From: Chara braunii
Lineage: Eukaryota > Plantae > Charophyceae
Length of the DNA: 64,000 nucleotides
NCBI GenBank assembly: GCA_003427395.1
Contig: BFEA01000022.1
Coordinates: 2,629,608-2,693,607 of the forward strand
Direction: 5' to 3'
Made by a program: the position numbers and the translations under genes. The notes beneath the pieces are model-generated. The model had not been told where the DNA came from. It did no database searches and saw only the letters and a program-made list of their open reading frames with translations. Numbering within the stretch: position 1 is the first letter of the stretch; every line of letters starts with the position of its first letter. Below are positions 39,900-53,097 of this stretch, piece by piece.

Positions 39900-41440
39900 A
39901 GGGCGCTGTAACAGCGTGGACCAAAAAGGAAAGTCCAGTGGTGCAACGGGAGCACCGATTGGACCTTGGCCACCTTGACCCTTGGACCGGCCTACCTTCT
40001 GCTTCCCAGTCCCCCTAGCCTTTTCTTTGATGGACGCTATGACTCCCCCGTTCAAATTCTCGCTAGCCGCAACCTGCTCTGTGTCTTCCCCATAATCAGG
40101 GAAGTAGTCAATCTCAGTTGCCTGAACACTATGGTCGACAAACATGAGATTGCCCTTCTTCCTCCAATCCTGGGGAAGTTTCTTCTTCCTACCGTCTGCT
40201 GCTCCCTGATGAGCGGTCCCAAGCTTAGCCTCTATATCTAAGGCTTTCTTGCAGAATGTAGCAAAGTTATGTACGTTGATGGTGGCCACATTCACCAGCT
40301 TGTTCTTGACGTCTGTGGGCAGACATTGCAGATAAGTTGTGAGGAGTACCTGAGGGTCATAGCATACACCAGGCACTACGATCAGGTGTTCTATGACGTT
40401 TGTGACTTCCCACACTGAACAGTACCGTTTGAGGGTCATGCCACCTATTGTACACAGTGTATACAAAGTCCTCCAGTGTTTGGGCCTGGGCCCAAGCATC
40501 GAAGTTCTGACCATAGCTTTGTTGTTGAACTAGATCATTCAACCATCGTGTTGTTGAACCCTCTAGAAAGGAGGAAGTGACTATAACTTTCTGCTCTGGC
40601 CTTGTGAACTTGTGCCTCACATAGGTAGGCACAGTCCTCGCCCAAGTGTCCAGGTCCTCATCCTTTTTCTTGTCGCCAAAAAAAGGTTTAGGACTCAGCA
40701 AGGGAATCTTGGGCATCCACTGCATGGATTGGATTGGCCCCGGTGATTATTGCAGTGGCTGCATAGCCACGATGATTATTGCAGTGGCATGCTAACTTGA
40801 GCCTGCCCTGACAATGGGACTGTAGCTGCCACCATCATTGATGGTACAGGAGAAGTGCTAAGAACCGGACCACTAACTGCTGCTAAACCACTTGAAGGAG
40901 GCATGCCAAACATAAGGGAAAAGGAGGGCCCTACCAGCGACGGCGTCACTGAGGGACCTGCAACCGAAGGGGGAGATACAGAATACTGAGGCTGCCTCAT
41001 CATTGGGCGAGGAGCCTACAGTGCAGCCAGAATTCGGTTCTGGTCGGCCACTAGTTCAGCCAGCACCTCCTGCTGAACAACCTGCGTTTCTGCCACGCAA
41101 AGAAGCGAGTGACGCAACGACTGAATCGCAGGATCCAGTGTTGACTCGTTCAATGCTTCTAGTCGTCCTAACTCTTGCCTCCTAGTTCCTAGTCCAACTT
41201 TTCTCAGTATTGCTTTTTTTCTTCTCATTGCTGCTTCCCTCAATTCTTGCTGCAACTCATCATGAAGGGCTTCTGCTTGGAGGATTTCATAATCCTCTGG
41301 TGTGAGAGGAGACTGTTGGCTGACTTGCGAACAAACAAACTCACTAACGGGACCTTGAGAGACACCCTTACTAACTCTTGACGAAGAGGACTGGGATAAG
41401 GCATGCGACATGGTAGAGGCGGTAGCCATTGCGGCCTCAA
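39900..41440 (-). pseudogene. gag: Decayed Ty3/Gypsy gag (element 1), inverted relative to its pol
   Basis: ORF fragments 41016-41555, 40776-41003, 40357-40725 and 39861-40514 are homologous to the + strand gag at 53098-54881 (e.g. DEDLDTW, KKALDIEAKLG, LPQDWRKKG). Confidence 0.9.
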
Positions 41441-44239
41441 CGTTGACGGTGATGATGACGAAAGGTCCTAGAGGTGAATATATCATGGTAGAAGTCGATG
41501 TAGGTGGCCGTAAAGTTGGTGCCTTCGTACACATAGGCACTACACGGTATTTCATCGATTGTGCTTGTGTGAAGAGGCTGCAATTAGGGGATCAAGTGCA
41601 GCGGCTTAGCATATCAGTAGCATCCAGTTGTGACATATTATGTCGAGTCCCCTATGAAGGAGGGGAACTAAGACATAAAATCTCGTTCCTGGTTAGCGAT
41701 GAGCTTCCATTCGATATGTTGCTAGGTATGTACTACCTCGAGGTTGCTAAGCCTCTGCTTGACTAAGAAAGAAACTTGGTGCTNNNNNNNNNNNNNNNNN
41801 NNNNNNNNNNNNNNNNNNNNNNNNNNNNNNNNNNNNNNNNNNNNNNNNNNNNNNNNNNNNNNNNNNNNNNNNNNNNNNNNNNNNNNNNNNNNNNNNNNNN
41901 NNNNNNNNNNNNNNNNNNNNNNNNNNNNNNNNNNNNNNNNNNNNNNNNNNNNNNNNNNNNNNNNNNNNNNNNNNNNNNNNNNNNNNNNNNNNNNNNNNNN
42001 NNNNNNNNNNNNNNNNNNNNNNNNNNNNNNNNNNNNNNNNNNNNNNNNNNNNNNNNNNNNNNNNNNNNNNNNNNNNNNNNNNNNNNNNNNNNNNNNNNNN
42101 NNNNNNNNNNNNNNNNNNNNNNNNNNNNNNNNNNNNNNNNNNNNNNNNNNNNNNNNNNNNNNNNNNNNNNNNNNNNNNNNNNNNNNNNNNNNNNNNNNNN
42201 NNNNNNNNNNNNNNNNNNNNNNNNNNNNNNNNNNNNNNNNNNNNNNNNNNNNNNNNNNNNNNNNNNNNNNNNNNNNNNNNNNNNNNNNNNNNNNNNNNNN
42301 NNNNNNNNNNNNNNNNNNNNNNNNNNNNNNNNNNNNNNNNNNNNNNNNNNNNNNNNNNNNNNNNNNNNNNNNNNNNNNNNNNNNNNNNNNNNNNNNNNNN
42401 NNNNNNNNNNNNNNNNNNCTGGTTAGCGATGAGCTTCCATTCGATATGTTGCTAGGTATGTACTACCTCGAGGTTGCTAAGCCTCTGCTTGACTAAGAAA
42501 GAAACTTGGTGCTTTACAAGTTGCCTAACGGGTGGATCGTTAGTCTGCAGAAGTACAAGGNTAGCAGGCTAGTAGAGTCCTATGGTTGCATGCGCGCACC
42601 ANCTTTCTACANCTATTACNAGCAGAATCNCAAGNAGGGTATGTACTTGGTCTTTGTCTCTGATAAGGGGGAGGGCGTAAAATCACATAAAAGAAGTCGC
42701 CGCTAGATATCCAGACCTTTTTTAGGAGCCTTCTGGAGTTGTTGAGAGGGATGTTGTCCATGCTATNGAAGTCATTCTGGGTAACAAAGTGCTTGGAGGA
42801 CGGATTTAGAAGATGTCAGATNAGCTTCGCTGATGTCTTAAGGACCTAACAAAGAAGGGATCGATCCNGCCTAGTACATCCCCCTATGGTGCGCCAGTTT
42901 GATTTGTTCCCAAGAAAGGGGGGACCCTGAGGATGTCCATTGACTATAGGGGCCTCAATGTTGTCACCGTTAAAAATGNAGAGGCCCTACCCCACATCGA
43001 TGACCTATTGGACAGAGTGCANGGATGCCAGTACTTCACCAAGATAGATCTGAAGTCTGAATACCATCGGATTGCAATTAGGCTTGCGGATCAACACAAA
43101 TCCGCTTTTCAGACTAGGTACGCTTTGTACGAGTTTGTGGTTGATGCGTTTCGGTCTTTGCAGTGCTCTTGGGAAATTCNGACACGCAATGGATAGTTTT
43201 TTTCATGACTACTTAGACAAGTTTGTTGTCGTGTACCTCNATGACATCCNTATCTTCAGTAGGAGTGTGAAAGAGCACGCCAAACATGTAGACTTGGTGT
43301 TGAGTCTCCTTCATCAGCACCAATACAAGGTAAACTTGGAGAAATGCGAGTTTNNNNNNNNNNNNNNNNNNNNNNNNNNNNNNNNNNNNNNNNNNNNNNN
43401 NNNNNNNNNNNNNNNNNNNNNNNNNNNNNNNNNNNNNNNNNNNNNNNNNNNNNNNNNNNNNNNNNNNNNNNNNNNNNNNNNNNNNNNNNNNNNNNNNNNN
43501 NNNNNNNNNNNNNNNNNNNNNNNNNNNNNNNNNNNNNNNNNNNNNNNNNNNNNNNNNNNNNNNNNNNNNNNNNNNNNNNNNNNNNNNNNNNNNNNNNNNN
43601 NNNNNNNNNNNNNNNNNNNNNNNNNNNNNNNNNNNNNNNNNNNNNNNNNNNNNNNNNNNNNNNNNNNNNNNNNNNNNNNNNNNNNNNNNNNNNGTAGGAG
43701 TGTGAAAGAGCACGCCAAACATGTAGACTTGGTGTTGAGTCTCCTTCATCAGCACCAATACAAGGTAAACTTGGAGAAATGCGAGTTTGGTCGCACCAAG
43801 ATCTTGTATTTGGGTCATGAAATTTCAGCAGATGGGCTGAGGCCTAACGATGTGAAGGTGGCCAGCATACCCCATTGACGGACCTCGCGCGCCTTGACAC
43901 CTCATGGGAGTGGACAAATGAGTGTGAGGCAGCCTTCAAGGAATTGAAGTATGCTCTCACACACGATGGAGTCTTGAAGCTTTCGGATTCTGAGAATCCT
44001 TTTGTTGTGACGACGGATGCCAATCAATATGACATTGGCGTCGTCCTTGCGCAGTAGGAGGGGAAAGAGTTGGGGCCGATCGAGTACATGAGTAAGAAGA
44101 TATCGTCTCAAAAGCTAGCTAAGCCCACCTACGAGTGGGAGCTCTACGCTCTATACCAAGCGTTGACTCACTGGAGGCAGTACCTCGTTGGCAGATTTTT
44201 CTACGTGAGATCTGACCATAAGACTCTTCGTTGGATTAA

Positions 44240-45044
44240 CCACCAGTTCGCACAATGCTAAATTGACAAACTGAAAATTGCACGTTTCCTAGCCTGCTAC
44301 ATTAACAAGCTGAAAAGAAAAATCTCGGGATACTGGTACCAGCCTACCTTGAAATTCAATTGTTGTACCTCGTGCCAACAGATGGCACCGATAAGCCAAA
44401 AAAAAAAAAAAAAAAACCCTACTAAATCCAGATCAATGATGAACAGAAAAGAGATGTGGGGAAAGCCATTTCATGAAAGAAACAAAAAAGAGATGTGGGG
44501 AAAGCCACCTGACTTGTCCATAATATATTTGACCACTATCACTGGCAAATCATTGGAATTCCTTCTTCTTTCTTGCAATGCCCTACCTGTGAGGCAGGGC
44601 ATATTCCACGTTCGCCGGAAAGACCCTCACTGAGGGCATACTCATACTAGTACTTTTGAGACTGTATCTGACCGCTATCATGGCCATATCTTTTATTCCC
44701 GTTTTCTTTTTTTCGTATTCACATTCTTGGGAATGCCTTCACTCAGGGCATACTCACAGAACTATGTTCCAGAACGTATCAGATGGATATTATATCCAAA
44801 TTCGTTTTGTTTTCCTTTTGTTTTTTTCTAAGATTAGTGCCCTACCAGCAAGGCAGGACGTCTGAGTTAATAGTGCAATAAAGCCCAATTTCTCATTTTT
44901 TTCTCAATTTTGCTTTCAATCCATTCTTCTTGGGCCCACCAGCCTTTTCCCTCCGAACCTGCATCGTGTCGGATCGCTGTTCACCTTGCCACGGTCGCAG
45001 TGTAGTGCGTTTTGGTGAATAGTAGGGGTTCGTGAACTGGCGGC
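44240..45044. mobile_element. Non-autonomous TIR element inserted at TTAA in the RNase H region
   Basis: ttaa|CCACCAGTTCGC ... GTGAACTGGCGGC|ttaa. Removing it restores the pol frame (LRWIK-MQP). Termini resemble those of 17557-18563. Confidence 0.75.
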
Positions 45045-45423
45045 TTAAGATGCAACCTGCTGTCTCTGACACACTCAAGAGGTGGATTGAAGTCATAAAT
45101 ATGTACGACTTCAAGTTGGACCACCTCAACGGAGAGTACAATAAGGTAGTGGATGCTTTATCTAGGAGAGAGGACTATCTGGGCGCGCTAGTGACTAAGT
45201 TTGGTATATCCGATGATGTAATTCGATCCATGGTGGAAGCCTATCGAGAGGACACATTGACGTTTGAGATCATGCACAAGCTCGAGGTCAAAGATAAGGT
45301 AGCATTCGATGCATTTGTGCTGGTCAATGGCTTGCTGTTTCTCGAGAATGCCCGGAATAAAAGATTGTGTATACCGTCTTAAGAATCTTTGCATATTTTA
45401 TTTCTAGGTGAATGTCATAACGC

Positions 45424-46325
45424 TTTTGAGCGTATCGGTCCCGCAGGGGGACCCTTCCGACCACATCACGCAGGATTATGCAGGGCTTGTCGTGGAGAGC
45501 GTTTGCCGCTCCGGGCGAGTGCGCTAGCCATACCTCTCACGAACCCCTACGACAAGATAGGGCACGCGAGGTACAACTTACTTCCATCCGCGGGAGCTGT
45601 CACCATCCCTTGGGCGGGCGTATTCCCCCCGAGTTACCGAACCACATGCGAAGACTTTTCGTATGCAATCGCAGAGGTGGCCCAATCGAGGGCGTTTCTC
45701 GTTTGCTGTAGCATAGGGGGTACACGCAGTTAATGCCTCGAATCGGACCCGTACGTGAATTGACGCATTGGGGGGCTGAGGTTCCAAGCACGACTCGTCG
45801 TCGGTCGACTAGGACGCATTCCACTCACCACGCGTTACACCACACAATAATTAAAAAAAATGCACACAAAAACAAAACTCTCCTAGTCCCTTCAATATCC
45901 AACCTTTAACCTTTTAACACGAAAATCGGTTAGGCGCCGCGCACGAGACTCAAGATAAAACCGCGCGAGGGCTTTTCTCATATATACTAGCCATGCAAGC
46001 ATACGCAAACAGTCGCAACGATGGAGTACTGTGTAATACCCATAATTACGCGATCCTCGATAAACTCGAGGGTCACGTTCGACACTCAAGTGTCAGCTGA
46101 CACTCGCCTTGAGGAGTTAATCTCTCGACGCTAGACAACCGCCAAGGCGGTTGATGACCACACCCTCTTATCTGATCAAATTGCGTGTCTGTCATTCCCA
46201 AAGTCCGAGAGTTGGTTGTCATTACGCAGAAATGAGACACTCTCTCGAATATCACCAGAAATGCATCTTCTGCCAGATGCAAAAAAATGTGCACAAATAC
46301 CCTTGTAAGGGTATTTGGGCCGACA
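45424..46325 (-). mobile_element. NCGY family copy E, minimal 0.9-kb form, inserted in the integrase zinc-finger region
   Basis: Ends palindrome + GGGCCGACA; TSD ACGC/ATGC (one CpG transition). Excision restores ECHNATGH. About 750 bp is homologous to the end of copies B and C. Confidence 0.85.
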
Positions 46326-47393
46326 ATGCAACCGGTCATTTTCGTTACAAGAAAACGTCAATGAGTTTGGTGCAGCATTTTGGTGGCCCATGATGATGGA
46401 AGACGCCAAGAAGTATGTAGAGACTTGTCTGGTTTGTCAAAGCGATAAACCAAGGACACAAGTGCAACTTGGGCTTATTAAGCCCTTGCCTACTCCTGTT
46501 GGCGCTGGCCAGAGTGTGTCCATGGACTTCATGGATACCCTGGTGACCAGCAAAAGGGGAAAAAAGGTTTAAAAAGCACATCTTCGTCATCATGGACAGA
46601 TTAGTATGTACGCTAGACTGATTGCTATGCCAGAGACTGCCAAGACTGACCATGTAATCAAGCTGTTCATGGATATTCGGGTGTGTGACTTCAGTCTTCC
46701 TAAGTTCATCGTTAGTAACAGGGACGTCAGATTCACAGGTAAGCTGTGGCAGAGCACGGCCCAGCAGATGGGGACCCGGCTGCAAATGACATCAGGTAAT
46801 CACCCTGAGTCGAATGGCCAAGCTGAGCAAATGAACCGTGTAGTGCGGCACTTGCTCAGGCATTACGTCAAGCCAAGCCAGGACGACTGGGATTGGAAGT
46901 TACCTCTCATTGCTGGCCTGTACAACAATGTTGTGCACAGCACTATCGGCATGACTCCCAACCAGCTTCATCTTGGTTGGAGGCCCAGATCGGCTCTTGA
47001 TTTTCTGCTGCCTGAGAACCAGGCCACAATAGCACCTGACAGCATTGAATTTCCTGTCAAGTACGACAGAATGCTGCAGCAGGCTGTTGAACAGATTAGG
47101 AAGGCTCAAGATGCTATGGTAGCATCTGAGAACAAGCACAGACGGCCATCTGCATTTCAGGTAGGTGAAAGAGTGTGGGTCAAGTCATACGTACTGGGAC
47201 AGGGACTGGGTATATCTAGAAATCTCATACGTCAGTACTTTGGACCATGGGAAGTCTTAAGACATAGTGGGAGATGAACCAGACGGACTGTCGTATGTTG
47301 TTCCAATACCTGGGCACTTGTGCACACAACCTGTTTTCCATGCCTCCAAACTCACTCCTTTTGCTTAGACAGACATATTTCCTTCAAGAAGAT

Positions 47394-48743
47394 TGTCGCA
47401 TGCTGAGGCCTGTACACGGGCCCTTTTTCTTAGGGCCCAACGGTTGTTAGGGGCCCCCAGGCCGCACGCCATTTTTTGCCTGTGCAACCTGGAGGCCCAC
47501 AGCCATTTCCAGACCAGGCATGTTTTTCTGCCTCATGCAGGTTCTTTTTTTGAATCAGCATTAATTTATGGAATTTTATTCCCTTATTTTTTTTCTTTTT
47601 GCTGAGTCTTGCTGTCGTTTTTCGAATTAGCATTAATTTATTCCCTTATTTATCTTTTTGCTGAGTCTTGCTGTGTTTTTTTGATTCAGCATTTATTTAT
47701 TTCTTTATTTGCTGAGTCTTGCTGTCTGGTCCATTTTTGTTGGTTCCAGGTGTGTCACTACAGACTTTCCCCTAATAGGTAGGGCCTGCTTTAGCAGCAG
47801 GATACCACCAGGAGGAGGATTTGGGCCTGCATTCAGGGCCTTCGATCGAATCTAGATCTGGACGCTCCTGGTTGCAGACCGTGGGCTGCCCAGCCAGGCC
47901 CAACACTATATCTAGTGGGAGGGCAGTCCAGTTCGACATATTTCAGTTGGGCAACATTGTGAGCATCACGCTGTTGGAGCAGCATGCGACTCTGGAGTGC
48001 TGCGCTTGAGGTAGAGGTAGAGGAGTAGGAGGTAGTGGGAGAGCAGAGGCTGGAGAGCCATAGCCGCTGGCTGGAGGACGACTTACCTGGGCGCCGTAGG
48101 TTGGACTGCACTTCAGCGACCTGCATCGGAGAGCACCATTCCACCAGTCAGTGTCGGCAGGAGTTCAGCAGTAGCAGGTGAGCGAGAGACAGAGGAGACT
48201 TCTCTTTTTCTTCTTCTTCTTCTTCTTCTTCTTACTCTTCTTCTTCAGAGAGAGAGAGAGAGAGAAAGGTTACAGGCAGAGCTATTACGGGCTATGGGGC
48301 CCAGGATCTGATTCGGCATTCTTGGGGCAGACATTGGTTGGACACTTGACAGGGAGACTATTTTTTTTTGACAGCAGTGTACTCGACTCTGGTCTACTCC
48401 CTCGCGTCCATCTTTGTCTCGTTCCTTTCTCTCCCATCATCTGTGGTATACAGCCCATGTGCGAGCTCAAAGGGGGGAACCTTCCTCTGTGTATGCGGCC
48501 TCCCTTCTCTCTCACATGTGTGATGATGATGGTACGAGTCAGGTCTGTCCATTGAGTCAGGTCGTATGTTTGAGTCTTCCGCTGTGCTACGTTGTATCAT
48601 TTTATGATTGTATGGATACACATTGTCTCTCTGATGTCATCATGTATGTCATTGATCTCATTGTGTATGTCTGAGTTCTTATCACCACCTCGCTGGTCCT
48701 TTTGCTTCTTTGCATTGCTCACCTTGTCTATGAGCATGCATCA
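47394..48743. mobile_element. Solo LTR of an unrelated family (5-bp TSD)
   Basis: TGTCGCATGCT ... AGCATGCATCA termini; TSD AAGAT/GAGAT. Excision restores FPSRRSMLPP of the integrase C-terminus. Confidence 0.75.
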
Positions 48744-49001
48744 GAGATCCATGCTGCCCCCAACCATGGACGGACACGCTGACATTGATGACATCATCGA
48801 GCACAAGGTGATGCCTGTACCAAAGCCTCCAGGCGGGGGTCGACCTACGAAACCGCAAATGCAGTAGCGACATCATGCTGATCCGAAGGAAGATCGGTGG
48901 TTCACAAGAGAAGAACTAATGTTGCTCGGCTGGTTATCTCTGGGTATGAAAGCAGACTGAAAGGGAAGCAGCCTGCCGATTAACAACTTCTGAAGAGGGA
49001 G

Positions 49002-50587
49002 TGTGAGGATCTGTGTCCTCGGCATGCCCATACGGCCCCCTCTGCTACAAGCCTTGTGCCCGCCCTAAGTGACGGCGGGCCCCTGTATCTCAATGAGGCC
49101 TGACTATTGCAAATTTACAGGCCCTGGGGGGCGCCAGACAGTTACCACGTGCCACTTGGTTACATGAGCCCTGCTCGCGAGCATCGGAATCTTCCATGAG
49201 CCTTCCAGGCTCTTCTGGCCTTGTCGTGGAAGCACGCCTCTCGGCCTATCACGATGCAGGGAACACCTCAGGGCGCGCGGGGTCGTTGGGACACACCTAA
49301 CTGCTGCGGGCCCAGGCCACTGTCTAAACGGGCCTGCACGAAGACAGTTTGGCCCAACGTGAAGCTACTGGGCACACGGGCCTCCCAGTCCAGGCAGCCT
49401 ACGGGCCCGGCGCTAGTCCATATCGGAAAGAGCCAGGCCGCAGGGAGCTTATTCGGGCACTTGGCTGACTGGCGGCATCACAGCTGTGTTGTATGGGAGC
49501 GGTGCCACAGCCCAGGCTTTATAGCCAGACTGGAGCTTGGAGTGGTCAGCGGGGCTGGTGGTGGCTCTTTGGTGAGGAAGCAGTGGGTGGAGTCGGGGGT
49601 GAGCATAGAGAGGGATAGTGAAGGAGAGNGTGGGTGGAGTCGGGGGTGAGCATAGAGAGGGATAGTGAAGGAGAGGACGTGAGTGCTCGTTACCTCGTAG
49701 GTGTAGGCTAGTATAGAAGCTGTACGATTGTAGTCTGGGCGCTGGGCACCAGTAGGAGGAAAGACTTTGGATACATTGTTGATGGTGGCCAGAGAGGGCT
49801 TTCATTGACAATTGAGTTCGGTGCATTTCTGCTTTCTGGACAGCTCACGACTATCTGGCTTTCAATGTGATGTTGCAATTTGGAATTCTGTCATTTTAAA
49901 TGACAGACCAGCAACCGGTCGGTTGGACCGGCCCGGATCCAACCGGGGCGGATCAGCCCAGGTCCTCCAACAAGAATTCCGGTTGGGCTCAAAACCAGTC
50001 CAATTTTTTTTTTTTTGGTTATTTTTTGAAACCAGGGTTTGACTGCGCTCGCTGAGAACAGTCAGAATCCGCGAAGAAAACCACAAAATCAAAAACTTTT
50101 CTCTGCTGGGTGGTGGGGGGGGGGGGGGGGGGGGGGTATGGGGGGGGTAGGGGTGTTAGTGGCGGTGTCACAGCAACCTGTGGGGTGAAGAAGGAGAAGA
50201 GGAAGGAGTAGGAGGCAAGAAGAAGAAGAAGAACTGATGAAGGAATTAGAAGGATAAAAAAGGACGGCTGTGGCTATGGCTACAAGAAGGGGAAGAAGAG
50301 AAACAACAGGAGAGGAGGAAAGGATGGGATGAAGAGGAGAGGATGAAGAAGACGAAGAAGAGGAGGAGAAGAAGAAAAAGAGGGGGTATGGTGGAGGTAG
50401 GGGTGTTAGTGGCGGTGTCCTAGCAACCAGTGGGGTGAAGGAGAAGAGGAAGGAGTAGGAGGGAAGAAGAAGAAGAAGAAGAAGAAGAAGAAGAAAGACG
50501 AAGAAGAAGACGACGACGAAGAAGACGACGAAGAAGACGACGAAGAAGACGACGAAGAAGACGAAAGACGACGAAGAAGACGAAGAA

Positions 50588-50634
<47 letters not shown>

Positions 50635-52781
50635 AGAAGAAGAAGAAGAAGAAGAAGAAGAAGAACGAAGAAGAAGAAGAACGAAGAAGAAGAAAGAAGA
50701 AGAGGAAGACGAAGAGGAAGACGAAGACGAAGACGAAGGAGAAGACGACGAAGAAGATGACGAAGAAGAAGACGGCGAAGAAGACGATGAAGAAGACGAC
50801 GAAGAAGATGAAAGACGACGACGACGAAGACGAAGAAGACGAAGACGACGAAGAAGACGACGAAGAAGACGAAAGACGACGAAGACGAAGACGAAGACGA
50901 AGACGAAGACGAAGACGAAGACGACGACGACGACGACGACGACGACGAAGAAGAAGAAGAAGAAGAAGAAGAAGAAGAAGACGAAGACAAAGAAGACGAC
51001 GAAGAAGACGACGAAGAAGACGACGAAGAAGAAGGTGACGAAGAAGAAGACGAAGAAGACGACGACGACGAAGATGACGACGACGACGACGACGACGACG
51101 AAGAAGAAGAAGAAGAAGAAGAAGAAGAAGAAGAAGAAGACGGCGAAGAAGAAGAAGAAGACGGCGAAGAAGACGCCGATGGCGAAGAAGAAGAAGAAGA
51201 AGAAGAAGAAGAAGAAGAAGAAGAAGAAGAAGACGGAGAAGAAGACGAAGAAGAAGATGAAGACGAAGACGACGACGACGATGATGACGACGACGACGAC
51301 GACGACGAAGAAGAAGAAGAAGAAGAAGAAGAAGAAGAAGAAGAAGAAGAAGAAGAAGAAAAAGAAGAAGAAGAAAAAGAAGGAGTAGGAGAAGAAGAAG
51401 GAGAAGGAGCAGAAGGACGAGAAGAAGAAAGAGAGGACAGGTGTGGGTGTAGACAGGGGATAGGTGAAGGATGATGATGATGATGTGAGGGTTCTTACCT
51501 TGTTTTGGCGATGGTCTGCGTGGGCGACATCTTCAAGTACTTCGGTTTGCTGCTGATGTCAATAGTTGCATTGTCATTTTGTAGTCTGTAGTAGCTGTGT
51601 AGGAGTAGGCTGGGCGCTGAGCACCAAGTGTGAGTGTGAAGGAACTGGACTCTTGTGTTGAGAGGAGAGAGTATGCTCTCCATGAACATTGGTTTTCAGT
51701 GCTACGAACCTCCATTGGTGTATTATTGGTGCAATGCTGCTCTCTGGACACGGTGTGACCATCTGGCTTTCAATGTGATGGTGTGAACTGGAATTGTCAT
51801 CTCGGTGTTGCTTATTCTCCTTGCAATTTGGTATCGGAGCTGGTTCATATTGCGCTTCATTGGTTCTTCGCAATAGCTATTGGTGCTTCGCATGAGGTGT
51901 GGGGCAGTGATAAGGCATTGCCGTTGAACATTGGGCGGCCCAAGGTAGAGTGGGCGCGCCAGGGAGCTATGTGGTGACATACGGGGTGTATGCTGGATGA
52001 TGAGAGCTCGCTGATGTGGCATATTAAGCTGAGGTGGAACGACATTCTGTTGTTTGTTGTACCGAGGCAAAGACCGGTCATCATAATTGCACATCAGGTT
52101 GCCGGTGATAAATCTGTGGTTGGGGGCAACATTTATGAGGTACGTTGCTCTCTTCCTTATCTACCCTCTTCATCTCTTCTTACCGTGAGGAAGTGAGTTC
52201 TGTCTTGAGAGTCCTCTCTATGTGAGGTGTCACGAGCACTCAACCTTGAGAGTCGACATTCTTCCTGGGCAGCAAGCTGGTGGGAGACGGGCGAAGCCTC
52301 TGAAGGGCCCTGGACGAGGCACTCGGGTCACGGTCACCATGCCAACCCGCTGGGACTAGTACACGCATGCTTTGCCGCAAGTCCTTGGTTCTGCTGCTTG
52401 CGCAATAGAGGTCATGCAGGGCATGCCAACCCTTTTGGACAAACGCTTCCCAGACCGTCTTTAAACATTTCTTGCTTGGGACTCAAAGTTGAATCTGGTT
52501 GTGATCGTCGTCCTGTCTGCGATGTTAAATAATTCCTGAGGAGATGGGGGCTCTCCTTAAATCCCTCCTGATCAGCCAGATCAACCGGGTGTAAGGCTCG
52601 TTGCATGCGAGGGTAAATAAAAGTGCAGGGGCTGGCATTTTCGGCGTTGACTTGGGGCACAGGGGTGGGCCGGATTGCACACCTTCAGACACGCTGCTCA
52701 ACCAGATGCTCAGGACGTCGACACAAAGAGACCACTCAAGAAGGATACAGGGGGAGGGGGGGATTCCGGTGACTGTTCACA
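49002..52781 (+). mobile_element. LTR between Gypsy elements 1 and 2, apparently expanded by internal insertions (~49800-52200)
   Basis: Preceded by PPT GAAGAGGGAG; starts TGTGAGGATC (homologous to the minus-strand LTR start at 58501); ends GTTCACA, followed by PBS-like TGGTAATC and then gag. Confidence 0.65.
50430..51430. repeat. ~1-kb (GAA/GAC)n trinucleotide low-complexity tract
   Basis: Direct observation; it accounts for the spurious poly-K/R/S ORFs. Confidence 0.95.
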
Positions 52782-53097
52782 GTGGTAATCAACAATCAAT
52801 CTGTCATCCAGCAGGAGAAGTTATTTCTATCTTTGATTAGTTAGTCGTTACAGACTTTGCTGACAACTGACAGACAGCTACAGACAGACTAAACTCTTTG
52901 CTGTAAGGCGATCTGTATTAGACTAATCTAAAAATAGATGTAATATATCCTGTAGGACTCGACATTAGTTGTTCTTACATCACCTAACTGTTTCTGTTCA
53001 GGCCGACCGGAATTAGTTGTGATTTATAATTGGTTGTGTGTCAGGCTAAGGTAGGATTCAGTGTGGATTCTAGTTTAGATCACACACACTGTAGCTC

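Larger units (their letters stand above)
41447..48983 (+). pseudogene. pol: Decayed chromoviral Ty3/Gypsy pol (PR-RT-RH-INT-chromodomain), element 1, with three nested insertions
   Basis: Protease (VGAFVHIGTTRYFI), RT (DYRGLN, FTKIDL, VVYLxD), RNase H (TDANQYDIG, WELYAL), integrase (CLVC, SMDF, SNRDVRF, NHPESNGQAE) and chromodomain remnant. Many stops and N gaps. Confidence 0.92.

Noticed and set aside
41688-43790. Direct duplications flanking the N-runs
   Set aside because: Identical ~95-bp sequences on both sides of the gaps indicate overlapping contig ends, an assembly artefact.
50406-51388. Poly-S/R/K ORFs, also RERE/HTHT/NERT ORFs elsewhere
   Set aside because: They are translations of microsatellites.
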